Of a stretch of DNA of 64,000 nt, positions 36,099 through 44,689 are shown piece by piece. Position 1 is the stretch's first letter. Each line of letters begins with the position of its first letter. The stretch spans positions 76,581 through 140,580 of the forward strand of contig JAJYJK010000001.1 of assembly GCA_021789555.1 (NCBI GenBank). The letters are read 5' to 3'. The position numbers and the translations under genes were made by a program. The notes below the pieces were generated by a model. That model was not told the origin of the DNA, did no database searches, and was given only the letters and a program-made list of their open reading frames with translations. Source of the DNA: Nitrospirota bacterium. Its GTDB lineage: Bacteria; Nitrospirota; Thermodesulfovibrionia; Thermodesulfovibrionales; JdFR-88.

Positions 36099-36179
36099 GC
36101 CGTCATCCCGGCGAAAGCCGGCAACCGGCGACTCTCGCCGGCAAAGTCACGGGGCAGCGACTTTGCCGGCAATGACGGC
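36099..36179 (-). promoter_or_regulatory. GC-rich dyad/multi-hairpin region with three GCCGGCAA motifs (candidate enhancer-binding-protein UAS or fliW 3' structure)
   Basis: GCCGTCAT...ATGACGGC outer dyad enclosing CCGGC-GAAA-GCCGG, CCGGCGA-CTC-TCGCCGG and CAAAGTC-N10-GACTTTG. GCCGGCAA occurs at 36117, 36137 and 36165. The region lies 96-150 bp upstream of the -24 element. Confidence 0.35.
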
Positions 36180-36206
36180 AGGAAATGCGCGCGGCACGGC
36201 GCGCCT

Positions 36207-36596
36207 TTAAAGCCTGTCGGGCAGAAGCTGCATGCCCCTCATGAGGGCGGCGTTAAGCAGGAGCGGGGCCCTCGTGTTGACGATGACATTGCCGGCTTCC
36301 ACCCGCACTATAAGCAGCACCGCGAGGTCCTCCTTTTTTTCGAGCCCCAAAAACCGTATGGCCGCATCGTCCACCGGGGCCTCGTAGCCCGGCGAAACGC
36401 TCCCGGGGAGGCTGACGATGAAGGCGACGGCCGGGTCGTCCACCGACTGGAGCCATTTCAGCCCGGTGTCCTTGTAGTCCATGATGATATAGCGTTTCAG
36501 GGCGGAGAAGCCGGGTATGCCCTCCGGGAAGTCTATTACCTTTGAATCATCCATCTCGATGGGGCCGAAGCGGGAGGTTTCAAACTTTATCTTCAT
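36207..36596 (-). CDS. fliW: Flagellar assembly factor FliW (CsrA antagonist)
   Basis: MKIKFETSRFGPIEMDDSKVIDFPEGIPGFS...WLQSVDDPAVAFIV is FliW-typical. ATG 36596 lies inside the csrA 3' end. Confidence 0.9.
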   Translation of the reverse strand: MKIKFETSRFGPIEMDDSKVIDFPEGIPGFSALKRYIIMDYKDTGLKWLQSVDDPAVAFIVSLPGSVSPGYEAPVDDAAIRFLGLEKKEDLAVLLIVRVEAGNVIVNTRAPLLLNAALMRGMQLLPDRL

Positions 36597-36825
36597 GTTT
36601 TTGCCCGAGCGCCTCCTTGATCTTGCCGAACTCGTCAACCGAGAGGTCCGAGGACATCATGTTTTCCCTGAGTATCTTTTCATAGACCTCCGCCCGGTAT
36701 ATCCTTACGCCGGGAGGCGCCTCAATCCCAAGCCGTACCTGCCCTCCCTTGATCTCTACGACCGTAACGGTGATGTCACCGCCTATCCTGATGGCCTCCT
36801 TCGACTTCCTTGTCAGTGCCAGCAT
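36580..36825 (-). CDS. csrA: Carbon storage regulator CsrA (long, FliW-partnered type, 81 aa)
   Basis: MLALTRKSKEAIRIGGDITVTVVEIKGGQVRLGIEAPPGVRIYRAEV plus a ~25-aa C-terminal extension. Confidence 0.9.
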   Translation of the reverse strand: MLALTRKSKEAIRIGGDITVTVVEIKGGQVRLGIEAPPGVRIYRAEVYEKILRENMMSSDLSVDEFGKIKEALGQKHEDKV

Positions 36826-36863
36826 CCTTGCCCGCCTTTCAAAAGATATTCATCCTCTCCCAA

Positions 36864-36900
36864 GTGAAACCCTCTGCCTCAAGGCAGAGGGTTTCACAAA
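36864..36900. repeat. Palindromic element copy B (15-bp stem, TCAA loop, GGGTTTCACAAA tail)
   Basis: GTGAAACCCTCTGCC-TCAA-GGCAGAGGGTTTCAC. It matches copy A at 2824-2857 apart from a compensatory C:G to G:C swap and one loop base. Confidence 0.6.
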
Positions 36901-36958
36901 CTCCACAAGCACTCCCATCTCCCGCTGTCTTTCGATTGAATGATATTTTATCGGATAA

Positions 36959-37984
36959 TCACTTCAGAAAATCAAGCAGGGACTGCGAGACGGAAGTCGC
37001 GGTCGTCTCCCTTATGGACTGCAGGATCGCCTGGTACTTCGCCAACTGGGTGGTCGTGGCCGCCAGGTCGTCGTCCTGTACGTTCGAAAGGAGGCTCTGG
37101 GCGTTAAGCGTATCATTTTCTATGGAGTTTTCCTGGGCGGTAAGCCTGTTTTGCCTCGCGCCGATATCGGCGCTCACGCTCGTCGCCTGGCCTATGGCGT
37201 CGTCAAATGGGGTCAGGAGGGCATTTATCCTCATGGTGTTGTTGCTGTTGAGCGCATCCCCCAGCAGCCCGGTAAGCTGCATGAAATTGGAGAAGCTGAA
37301 TTTGTCGAGGACGTTGCCGCCACTATCCGTGATTTGGACATTTATCGTCGTGTCGCCAGCCGGCGGCGGATAGCTGGCCATCGAATACGTGACAGTCGTC
37401 CCGCCGGCCTGCTGGGCGGTCACGGGGCCGCCAAGGGTATATGCGAAGGCGGTGCTCCCCGGCACGTTCGCGGGAAGCAACTGCGAGCCCGATATATTGG
37501 CGTTCATCACGTTTGAGTCCCCGTTATAGTCGTACGTGGAGGGGTCAAATGCGCTCACGTTCGTCTTTAAACCCGCAAACACGCTCTGGCCGTCCGCGGT
37601 CTTCGTATTTGCGAACCCAAGCAGTTCGTCCCTTATCTGGTAGACCTGCTGGGCCATCGCGGCCCTGTCCGAGCTGCCGGCCGTGCCGTTTAGCCCCTCA
37701 AGCGCAACCTCCTTGGCGTTATTGAGCGCGTCCAGGGTGGACGACATCGCCGTCGATGCGTCACTTAGAAGCGTAGTGGCGCTGTCGATGCCGGACTTGT
37801 ACCGGTTGTCCTGGCTCAGTTCCATGTTATAGTCCATGGCGCTTATCACGCTGATTACATCATCGGAGTTCTTGCTGAACTTCTTTCCGGAGGAAAGCTC
37901 GTTCTGGAGCTGGCTTATCGTGGAGATGTCCTGGTTCATGTAATTCGAGAGCTGGTCGTAAATTGAATAGGATCCTATTTTCAT
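36959..37984 (-). CDS. flgL: Hook-filament junction protein FlgL (HAP3)
   Basis: Flagellin-like N and C termini (…QLQNELSSGKKFSKNSDD…; …TQLAKYQAILQSIRETTA…). It has a 4-nt overlap with flgK. Confidence 0.85.
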   Translation of the reverse strand: MKIGSYSIYDQLSNYMNQDISTISQLQNELSSGKKFSKNSDDVISVISAMDYNMELSQDNRYKSGIDSATTLLSDASTAMSSTLDALNNAKEVALEGLNGTAGSSDRAAMAQQVYQIRDELLGFANTKTADGQSVFAGLKTNVSAFDPSTYDYNGDSNVMNANISGSQLLPANVPGSTAFAYTLGGPVTAQQAGGTTVTYSMASYPPPAGDTTINVQITDSGGNVLDKFSFSNFMQLTGLLGDALNSNNTMRINALLTPFDDAIGQATSVSADIGARQNRLTAQENSIENDTLNAQSLLSNVQDDDLAATTTQLAKYQAILQSIRETTATSVSQSLLDFLK

Positions 37985-39618
37985 ATGTTCATCAGGGTAG
38001 TCAGGAGTTCATTCGTGGTCTCTATCACCTTTGCCCCCGCCTCGTAGGCGCGTTGGTACTTTATCAGGTTGACGGTCTCCTGGTCCAGTGAAACTCCGGA
38101 TATGGAGTCGCGCTGCTGATTGAGCTGATCGAGCAGATTGCTGTTGAATGTCTCGCTGTCGGAGGCGGCGCTGCTCAGAGCCCCCGTCGTCGAGACTATG
38201 CCTTTGTAATAGTCCATCAGGGTCTCGCCGCCAAGACCCGCGACCTGCCCGTTCTGGAGCATGTTCATCATGGCAAGCGCGTTTGAGTTGTCCCCGGGCA
38301 CATTCGCGGACTGGGCGGCGGCCACCGGGCTGCCGTCGGTGAGGGCCACACCGAAATTATTTACGGCATTTTTCAGCGGGTTTATGGAGAAGGTGTCGCC
38401 CGAGTTCACCGTGCCCGTTATCTCGGCCTGGATCCCGTCGAAGCTGATGGTGGTGGTGGTGCCGGATGTGGTTACAGACGCCGTGACGGACTGGCCCGTA
38501 TTACTGTCGGTGACGCTGTAACTGCCGCCTGAATACGCGATGTTGTATGCGTCCAGTGTGAGCTGGCTCTCGCTCGTGACCGAGGCGGTTATGGATGCCT
38601 GGGAGTTTGCCGTCGCATAAAGGGAAAGAGGCGTGAAAAAGGGCTCGCCGGAGGCCTGGTTGCCGTTTAAGTCGTAGCCCTGCTCCTGAATCTTGTTTAC
38701 CTGCTGGACGAGGGCCGCGACAAACCTGCTCAGGGGGGCAAGCCCCTGGGTCTCGGCATCGCTGCGTCCCGCTATCAGGCCGCCAAGCGAGCCCTTCTGA
38801 ATAGACGAGGTTATGTTCATGCCGTTCATGTAGAGCTGGTTGTCGCCGTTTGAATCGGGCTGGACGGAAAGGGCTTCCGTATGGTCCCCGGACACCAGGT
38901 CATTCATGCCGGTGATTATGGTCACCTGTCCGGTCGAGTCCTCAAAAGAGTTGAAGTCCACGTACTGGGAGAGCTGGTTCATGAGGTTGTCCCGCTCGTC
39001 CCTCAACTGGCTGTCGCTGCCGTCGCCCGTGCCGGCCATCCGGGCTATCTGCTGGTTCATATCTGCGATTTGAGAGGCCAGATTGTTTACCGTCTGCACG
39101 GTCTGGGCAATCGAGTCGTTGGCCCATTTGATGGCCGACTGCACGGCGCCCTGTTTTTCCTGCGCCGCCCCTACGAGCGCCTGGGCATTGGAGAGCAGCA
39201 CGGTCCTGCCGGAGGCGTCCGTCGGGTTGTCGGCCACCTGCTGCCAGGAGTCCACAAAATTGCCGAAATAGGTGGCAAGCCCCGTATTGCCCGTCTCGTT
39301 AAAGGCCTGCTCCAACTGGCTAAGTATGGTGCTGGAGGAGTCCGAACTGCTCAGGCTCTGCTGCTGCTGATAAATCTGCTTCTGGAGAAAGGAATCATAC
39401 TGCCTCTGAACGCCGGCCACCGTCACGCCGCCGGGGTTGTTCATATTCGCGTTGGAGCCGGCGAGGCTGACGTAATCGACAGGTTCGAGCAGGGTGATCT
39501 CCGCGTCGTAGCCGGGGGTGTTTGCGTTTGCTATATTGTTGCTCGTTGTATTCATGGCTGCCTGGCTGGCAAAAAGGGCCGAGTTGCCGATATCCAGGAT
39601 ACTTAGGAGCCCTCCCAT
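37981..39618 (-). CDS. flgK: Hook-filament junction protein FlgK (HAP1)
   Basis: N-terminal LSILDIGNSALFASQAAMNTTSNNIANANTPGY and C-terminal VNLIKYQRAYEAGAKVI. Confidence 0.9.
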   Translation of the reverse strand: MGGLLSILDIGNSALFASQAAMNTTSNNIANANTPGYDAEITLLEPVDYVSLAGSNANMNNPGGVTVAGVQRQYDSFLQKQIYQQQQSLSSSDSSSTILSQLEQAFNETGNTGLATYFGNFVDSWQQVADNPTDASGRTVLLSNAQALVGAAQEKQGAVQSAIKWANDSIAQTVQTVNNLASQIADMNQQIARMAGTGDGSDSQLRDERDNLMNQLSQYVDFNSFEDSTGQVTIITGMNDLVSGDHTEALSVQPDSNGDNQLYMNGMNITSSIQKGSLGGLIAGRSDAETQGLAPLSRFVAALVQQVNKIQEQGYDLNGNQASGEPFFTPLSLYATANSQASITASVTSESQLTLDAYNIAYSGGSYSVTDSNTGQSVTASVTTSGTTTTISFDGIQAEITGTVNSGDTFSINPLKNAVNNFGVALTDGSPVAAAQSANVPGDNSNALAMMNMLQNGQVAGLGGETLMDYYKGIVSTTGALSSAASDSETFNSNLLDQLNQQRDSISGVSLDQETVNLIKYQRAYEAGAKVIETTNELLTTLMNI

Positions 39619-39664
39619 CAGATTTCCCCGCCTATGGGATATAGCTCAGCCATCGAATATTCCA

Positions 39665-40147
39665 TCAGATATTCCGGGATACTACAAGGCCGCTGCCACT
39701 CCGGCCCCCCCTGCCCTGCACAGCGGGGCCGCGCGCGCCCAGGGTTTCAAGCGACCGGTTCACGACCGTCAGCGAACGCTCTACAAGCACCCGGTTGAAC
39801 TCGTTTAACTCCGCGATGCCCTGCAGCAGGCAGATGAGCTGTCCCCTGAGGGCCTGGAAGGCGACATTGCCGGTCTTGGCCGCGAGCTCCCTGAGACCCA
39901 AAAGCCCATCGGCCCCGAAACCGGCGGAAATCTTCTCCAGGAGTCTCAGCCTCTCTTGTTCCAAGAGACGCAGTTTCAGGACGACGGTGTCTTTCTGCTT
40001 CGAAAGCTCCTCCACCGCTTCCCCATCGAGCTCCATGAGGCGCAGCCTCTCCTTCTGCAGGAGTTTCAATAAATCCTTGTATTCCCCTACCTGCCGCTCC
40101 AGTATGTCCCTTATCTTTTGCAGGTTCTCATCCATCTCATCCGTCAT
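39665..40147 (-). CDS. flgN: FlgN-like export chaperone for FlgK/FlgL
   Basis: Helical protein (LKLLQKERLRLMELDGEAVEELSKQKD) in the position flgM-flgN-flgK. It has a 4-nt overlap with flgM. Confidence 0.7.
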   Translation of the reverse strand: MTDEMDENLQKIRDILERQVGEYKDLLKLLQKERLRLMELDGEAVEELSKQKDTVVLKLRLLEQERLRLLEKISAGFGADGLLGLRELAAKTGNVAFQALRGQLICLLQGIAELNEFNRVLVERSLTVVNRSLETLGARGPAVQGRGGRSGSGLVVSRNI

Positions 40148-40422
40148 GTCATCTCACTTATCATCTTTTCGGCTATCCTGCCGGACTCCACCTTGTAATT
40201 GCCCGCCTTCACCGCCTCCGCAGCCGCGTTCACCTTGTCCGTCCTCATCTCGGGCAGCCGGCTTATGGAGTCCATAATCCCCTGCGCTTCCTTGCCCTTC
40301 TTTGAGATCTCTATGCTGTCGGCCGGGCCCGCCGCGCCCCCCGGAGCCCCGCCCCTGTCGGAAATCCTTTTCATGCTGCTGGGGTCCAGGCCATCGGGTG
40401 GTTTGTTGCTGTTTACCTTCAC
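40144..40422 (-). CDS. flgM: Anti-sigma-28 factor FlgM
   Basis: The C-terminus VNAAAEAVKAGNYKVESGRIAEKMISEM is the FlgM sigma-28-binding motif. GTG 40422 follows GGAGGAACGA. The track start at 40446 (GTG) has no SD and is the alternative. Confidence 0.8.
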   Translation of the reverse strand: MKVNSNKPPDGLDPSSMKRISDRGGAPGGAAGPADSIEISKKGKEAQGIMDSISRLPEMRTDKVNAAAEAVKAGNYKVESGRIAEKMISEMT

Positions 40423-40474
40423 TCGTTCCTCCGGGCGTTCAAACACTGTTTTTCTGGCAACGTCCTATGCTTAT

Positions 40475-40502
40475 TTATCGTGACCCGCCCGGCAAATCTT
40501 TA
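40475..40502 (-). promoter_or_regulatory. Sigma-28 promoter of flgMN(-flgKL)
   Basis: Minus strand reads TAAAGATT-N12-CACGATAA, the same geometry as the fliC promoter. Confidence 0.7.
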
Positions 40503-40546
40503 ATCGGACCTCCTCCCTGCCACGGATAGCTTACGGGCCCCATGCT

Positions 40547-41326
40547 CTAACTGGCGGAATTATCCGCATATACGGCATCCGGCGGCCCAAGCTGCACCTT
40601 CCCGTTCCGTACCGATGTCCACTGATTCCAGCCTCCGTGCCTGTATATCCAGGCGGCCGCTTCAATGTTCCTCTGCGGGTCAAACAGATCATTGACATTA
40701 TTTATGATCCCGTTACTTTTAAGCCGGTCCGCCCAATATTTATCGTTTATTTGAAACAGCCCATAATCCGTGCTCCCATAAAAAGCATTAAAATGCACGG
40801 CATTAGGGTTCCCTGAGCTTTCAGCGGCGATTACAGCCATTGCATTGGTGGCCTGGCCGCCAAATGCCGCCTTTATCATGCTTTTTATTTTCCCGTCCGT
40901 CCTGCCGCTTGTCGCCCCTTTGACTGGGACATGAGCGCCGCTGGCAGGGGCGTTTTGGATTCCGGGTAAGGGAGTTTTAATTTCCGTTTCGGTTTTCCCC
41001 TTTGATTCTGAAGTGTTATCAGATGATTCCTCAGGTTTTCCTTTAGAATCCATTCTCTCCATCTGCTTGATCATGACGTTTTCCATGCCCATTCCCTGTT
41101 CGGCCCAGAGGTTGGCAAGCTGCATGTCGAACATGCTCGAATAAGTCTGCCCGGCGAAATCGCTGCTGCCGTCCTCTGTCGTGGCCCGCATCTCTTTTAT
41201 CAATTCGTAAGCGAACATGGCCTCCATCGCTTTGGCCACCGCCTTCATGGCGTCCGGCGACTCCTTGCCCCGGTATTTGTTCAGGGACTCGGGGCTCAGG
41301 CCGTCGTCGATATACATATCGTCCAT
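40547..41326 (-). CDS. flgJ: FlgJ-like protein: rod-binding N-domain fused to an SLT/lysozyme-like muramidase domain
   Basis: N-domain AMEAMFAYELIKEMR...SSMFDMQLANLWAEQG (rod-binding). C-domain AAESSGNPNA...YGLFQINDKYW (catalytic Glu-Ser and GLxQ-type SLT motifs). Confidence 0.8.
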   Translation of the reverse strand: MDDMYIDDGLSPESLNKYRGKESPDAMKAVAKAMEAMFAYELIKEMRATTEDGSSDFAGQTYSSMFDMQLANLWAEQGMGMENVMIKQMERMDSKGKPEESSDNTSESKGKTETEIKTPLPGIQNAPASGAHVPVKGATSGRTDGKIKSMIKAAFGGQATNAMAVIAAESSGNPNAVHFNAFYGSTDYGLFQINDKYWADRLKSNGIINNVNDLFDPQRNIEAAAWIYRHGGWNQWTSVRNGKVQLGPPDAVYADNSAS

Positions 41327-41330
41327 TCGC

Positions 41331-42467
41331 CTAAATAATCTCTAAATCGGCTTTCAGCGCCCCTTCCGCCTTCAGGGCCTGCATGATGGAGATGAGGTCT
41401 CTGGGGGTGACGCCCAGGGCATTCAGGGCGCTGACGACCTCGCCCAGGGTCGACCCGGAGGCCTCCATGAGGCTCGCCTTCTGTTCCTTCACGTTTACGT
41501 CTTTGTTCGGGACGACTACGGTCTTGGACGACTCAGGTCCGAAGGAGGCCGGCTGAGAGACGGCGTATGTCGTCTTTATCTCTATCGTCAGGTTGCCGTG
41601 GGCGATTGCCACGGGGGCTATTTTCACGTTCTGTCCGATTATTATCGTTCCCGTCCTCTCGTTTATCACGACCTTTGCCGGGGCATCGACCGCGACATCC
41701 ATGTCGCCCAGCAGGGAGACGAAGTCCACTATCCGGTCCTCGTAGGCGGGCGGGATATCGATAGATACCATGGAGGGGTCCGGGGCGGTGGCGCAACCCG
41801 GCCCGAATGTCCCGTTTATCTTCTTTGCTATCCCGGACGCAGTGGAAAAATCGGGGGTGTCGAGAAAGAGTTTTATGGTCCGGCCGTCGCCGAGTGTAAA
41901 CGGCAGGGTCTTCTGGATTATGGCTCCTTCGGGCACCCTTCCGGCAGTCGGATGGTTCTTCTGCAGCGAGGTGCCGCCGCCACCGCCGACAAAACCCCCT
42001 ATCGAGACGGGGCCCTGGGCAAGGGCGTAAACCTTTCCGTCCGGCCCATAGAGGGGGGTCAGCAGCAACGTGCCGCCCTGCAGGTTTTTGGCGTCCGCAA
42101 TTGCAGAGACTGTCACGTCTATCTTCATGCCCGCCTTCGGGAAGGGCGGCAGCGTGGCCGTCACCATCACGGCGGCGGTGTCCTTCGCCCTTATGTCGGT
42201 CAGCGAAACGGTAAGCCCCATCCTCTCAAGCACATTCGCAATCGCCTGCATGGTGGCGTTTCCGGTGTCGCCCGACCCGTTCAGGCCCACGGCGAGCCCG
42301 TAGCCGACGACCTGGTTTTCCGTCATCCCCTGAAAACTCGCTATGTCCTTTATGCGGTCCGCCCGCGCTCCCCGCGGCGCCGCCCAGAGCAGGAAGGCCG
42401 CGAAGAAGATAAATATGACTTTAAACTTCACTTTCCCCATTTTCATCCCCATGATCAAAAGGGCCAT
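41331..42467 (-). CDS. flgI: Flagellar P-ring protein FlgI
   Basis: RIKDIASFQGMTENQVVGYGLAVGLNGSGD and full-length similarity to the FlgI pattern. The true start may be one of the internal Met codons at 42440-42452. Confidence 0.9.
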   Translation of the reverse strand: MALLIMGMKMGKVKFKVIFIFFAAFLLWAAPRGARADRIKDIASFQGMTENQVVGYGLAVGLNGSGDTGNATMQAIANVLERMGLTVSLTDIRAKDTAAVMVTATLPPFPKAGMKIDVTVSAIADAKNLQGGTLLLTPLYGPDGKVYALAQGPVSIGGFVGGGGGTSLQKNHPTAGRVPEGAIIQKTLPFTLGDGRTIKLFLDTPDFSTASGIAKKINGTFGPGCATAPDPSMVSIDIPPAYEDRIVDFVSLLGDMDVAVDAPAKVVINERTGTIIIGQNVKIAPVAIAHGNLTIEIKTTYAVSQPASFGPESSKTVVVPNKDVNVKEQKASLMEASGSTLGEVVSALNALGVTPRDLISIMQALKAEGALKADLEII

Positions 42468-43171
42468 ACCTTGTCAAGAAACCTCATCAGCCAGCCGGGG
42501 CCCTGCTTCTCCTGCACAACGCCGTCACCCACAAAAAAGACCTTCGCGTCCGTTATGCGGGTGCTTGCAATCGTATTGTCGGGGGCGATATCGAAGGGCC
42601 TTGCCATCCCCTGGAACACGAGTATCTGCTTTTCGTTGTTTATGGTGATCTCCTTTCTCGCCTCCAGCAGCAGGTTGCCGTTTGGCATCACCCGGACGAC
42701 CTTGGCGGTTATCGTCCCCACCAGGGTGCCCGTCCTGTCGGTCGCGCCGCTTCCCTTGAAGCTGTCCTGCATCTGGCCGGCGACACTCGGAGAAAACGTG
42801 TGGCCCCCGCCATAGAGATTATTGAGATTGCCGTTAAGCGGGGCGCCAAAAAAATTGTCCACACTCGCATTGAGGCTCGAATTCTTCGACGTGTTCGTGT
42901 TCGCCGCCCCGGAGCCCGAGATGTTCTCCAGCACGTCTATCGTGACCAAATCATTGAGCCTCCTGGCCCTGAGGTCCTCATAGAGGCTCGCCTGCTCCAC
43001 CCACAGGGAATTATTCGGATAATTCTCCGGCGCCTGGACGGTCTTCTGCCCATAGACATATTGCGGCGGCGGGGGCGGCAGTTTAGGTGTAAACGCGCAC
43101 GAGGCGAGGAAAACGGACGTTAGGGCAATTGCCGTTCCAAATGCCTTCGTTGACATGAAAAATCTCCTCAC
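42455..43171 (-). CDS. flgH: Flagellar L-ring lipoprotein FlgH
   Basis: Lipobox LASC. It contains LYEDLRARRLNDLVTIDVLEN and GSGATDRTGTLVGTITAKV. Confidence 0.9.
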   Translation of the reverse strand: MRRFFMSTKAFGTAIALTSVFLASCAFTPKLPPPPPQYVYGQKTVQAPENYPNNSLWVEQASLYEDLRARRLNDLVTIDVLENISGSGAANTNTSKNSSLNASVDNFFGAPLNGNLNNLYGGGHTFSPSVAGQMQDSFKGSGATDRTGTLVGTITAKVVRVMPNGNLLLEARKEITINNEKQILVFQGMARPFDIAPDNTIASTRITDAKVFFVGDGVVQEKQGPGWLMRFLDKVWPF

Positions 43172-43893
43172 TTCACGTCCTCCGCCCGGATGCGGACCGT
43201 GTCCGCATCGGCCAGAAACCCTGAAAGCAATTTTTTCGAAGACAGGTTCATCACCTTCGCGTATGTCCCCACGCGGGCGTCCTGCAGGATTTCCCCGGTG
43301 GCCGTTATCCTGAAGGCCGGGGACTCTATCACTATATTGACCTTCTGGCCGCGTTTGACAAGCGGGCGGAAGCTTACCATCCGCCTCGATATGGTCACGC
43401 CCGGCCCTATCGAGCAGGTGAGCCAGCCGCCGACAACGGAGGAGGCGTCAGTGAAAAAGCCTTCCCCGAGGCGGGAAACCTCTTGCGGCGCGGAATAGAC
43501 GTCGTCCGGACCGATGGCGGAGTCCTTGTTTAAAAGCCTCTTGCTCTTTATCACCGTTGCGTAGGCGGTCACCTCCGCGGTCGCCTCCGTTTTGCGGCCG
43601 TCGGCGAAGCTGAGTTCGAAGACCGTCTTGCCCGGCGGCTCCCTGACAATCCCTATGTCCGCGGGAAGCCCCGATTCTTCGCCCGGTAAAATATCTTTAC
43701 CCGGTAAAACATCTTCGCCCCCGAGCGTAAGGTCCTTAATCTCGACGCGGCTCCAGTGATACCGCCCCTCGAGATAGGCCGTGAGCACGGCCTTTACGGC
43801 GTCCGTATTCGCCTTCGCGCCCGCGGCGGCCGGGAGGGGAAGGCACGCGAAGAGAAGGAGGACCACTGTGACAAGCGCGGTCTTTTTGATCAT
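43168..43893 (-). CDS. flgA: P-ring assembly chaperone FlgA
   Basis: Signal peptide and a SAF-like C-terminus (VKRGQKVNIVIESPAFRITATGEILQDARVG). Position flgG-flgA-flgH. Confidence 0.8.
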   Translation of the reverse strand: MIKKTALVTVVLLLFACLPLPAAAGAKANTDAVKAVLTAYLEGRYHWSRVEIKDLTLGGEDVLPGKDILPGEESGLPADIGIVREPPGKTVFELSFADGRKTEATAEVTAYATVIKSKRLLNKDSAIGPDDVYSAPQEVSRLGEGFFTDASSVVGGWLTCSIGPGVTISRRMVSFRPLVKRGQKVNIVIESPAFRITATGEILQDARVGTYAKVMNLSSKKLLSGFLADADTVRIRAEDVK

Positions 43894-43894
43894 G

Positions 43895-44689
43895 CTATGC
43901 TCCGGACTTCATGTTGTTTGCCATCTGGAGCATGTTGTCCGAGGCCGTGACCGCCTTTGAATTTATCTCGTAGGCCCTTTCGCTGGCTATCATGTTGACC
44001 ATCTCCTCGACCACGTTTACGTTGCTCATCTCCAGGTATCCCTGCTGGATAGTGCCCATGCCGTCCTGGGACGGGTTGGCGAGGATTGGGTCGCCGGAGG
44101 AGCCTGTGGGCGCAAACAGTCCGTTTCCAAGGGCCTGGAGCCCGCTTTCGTTCGTGAATTTCGCAAGCTGTATCTGCCCTATGTCGACCGGCGTGGTGCT
44201 GCCGGCCTCCACCACCGTGACCTTCCCGTCATAGCCCACGGATATCTGCGTGGCGTTGGTCGGTATGGTTATGGCGGGCTGTATCTGGTAGCCGTCTGAA
44301 TTGACGATATTGCCGTTGTTGTCGAGCTTGAAGGCCCCGGCCCTCGTGTAGGCCGTAGTGCCATCGGGCATTGTGACCTGAAAGAGGCCGTCGCCCTGGA
44401 TCACAAGGTCCAGTTGATTGCCCGTCTGGACGAAATCCCCCTGCTGGAATATCTTCTGCACGGCGGCGGGTTTCACGCCGAGTCCCACCTGTATGCCGGT
44501 GGGCAGTTGCGTTTTGTCGGACGAGGAGGCCCCGGGCGCGCTTACGTCCTCGTAAATGAGGTCCTGGAAGTCCGCCCGGCTTTTCTTGAAACCCGTCGTG
44601 TTGACGTTCGCCAGGTTGTTGGCGATGACGTCCATGTTCAGTTTCTGCGCCTCCATGCCGGTGGCCGCTATCATCAATGACCTTAACAT
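43895..44689 (-). CDS. flgG: Distal rod protein FlgG
   Basis: [35 protein letters not shown]...[17 protein letters not shown]. Confidence 0.9.
   Translation of the reverse strand: MLRSLMIAATGMEAQKLNMDVIANNLANVNTTGFKKSRADFQDLIYEDVSAPGASSSDKTQLPTGIQVGLGVKPAAVQKIFQQGDFVQTGNQLDLVIQGDGLFQVTMPDGTTAYTRAGAFKLDNNGNIVNSDGYQIQPAITIPTNATQISVGYDGKVTVVEAGSTTPVDIGQIQLAKFTNESGLQALGNGLFAPTGSSGDPILANPSQDGMGTIQQGYLEMSNVNVVEEMVNMIASERAYEINSKAVTASDNMLQMANNMKSGA

Noticed and set aside
36099-36179. Cloverleaf-like four-way junction, considered as a tRNA or tRNA-like gene.
   Set aside because: The arm lengths (8-bp closing stem; 5/4, 7/3 and 7/10 stem/loops) do not fit tRNA geometry. There is no T-loop GTTCRA or D-loop signature and no anticodon loop of 7 nt.
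36948-36975. TCCGATAA -10-like element overlapping the flgL stop, considered as a sigma-28 promoter for csrA-fliW.
   Set aside because: The matching -35 position reads TTGATTTT, which lacks the TAAA core present in the three convincing sigma-28 promoters. This is weak evidence only.
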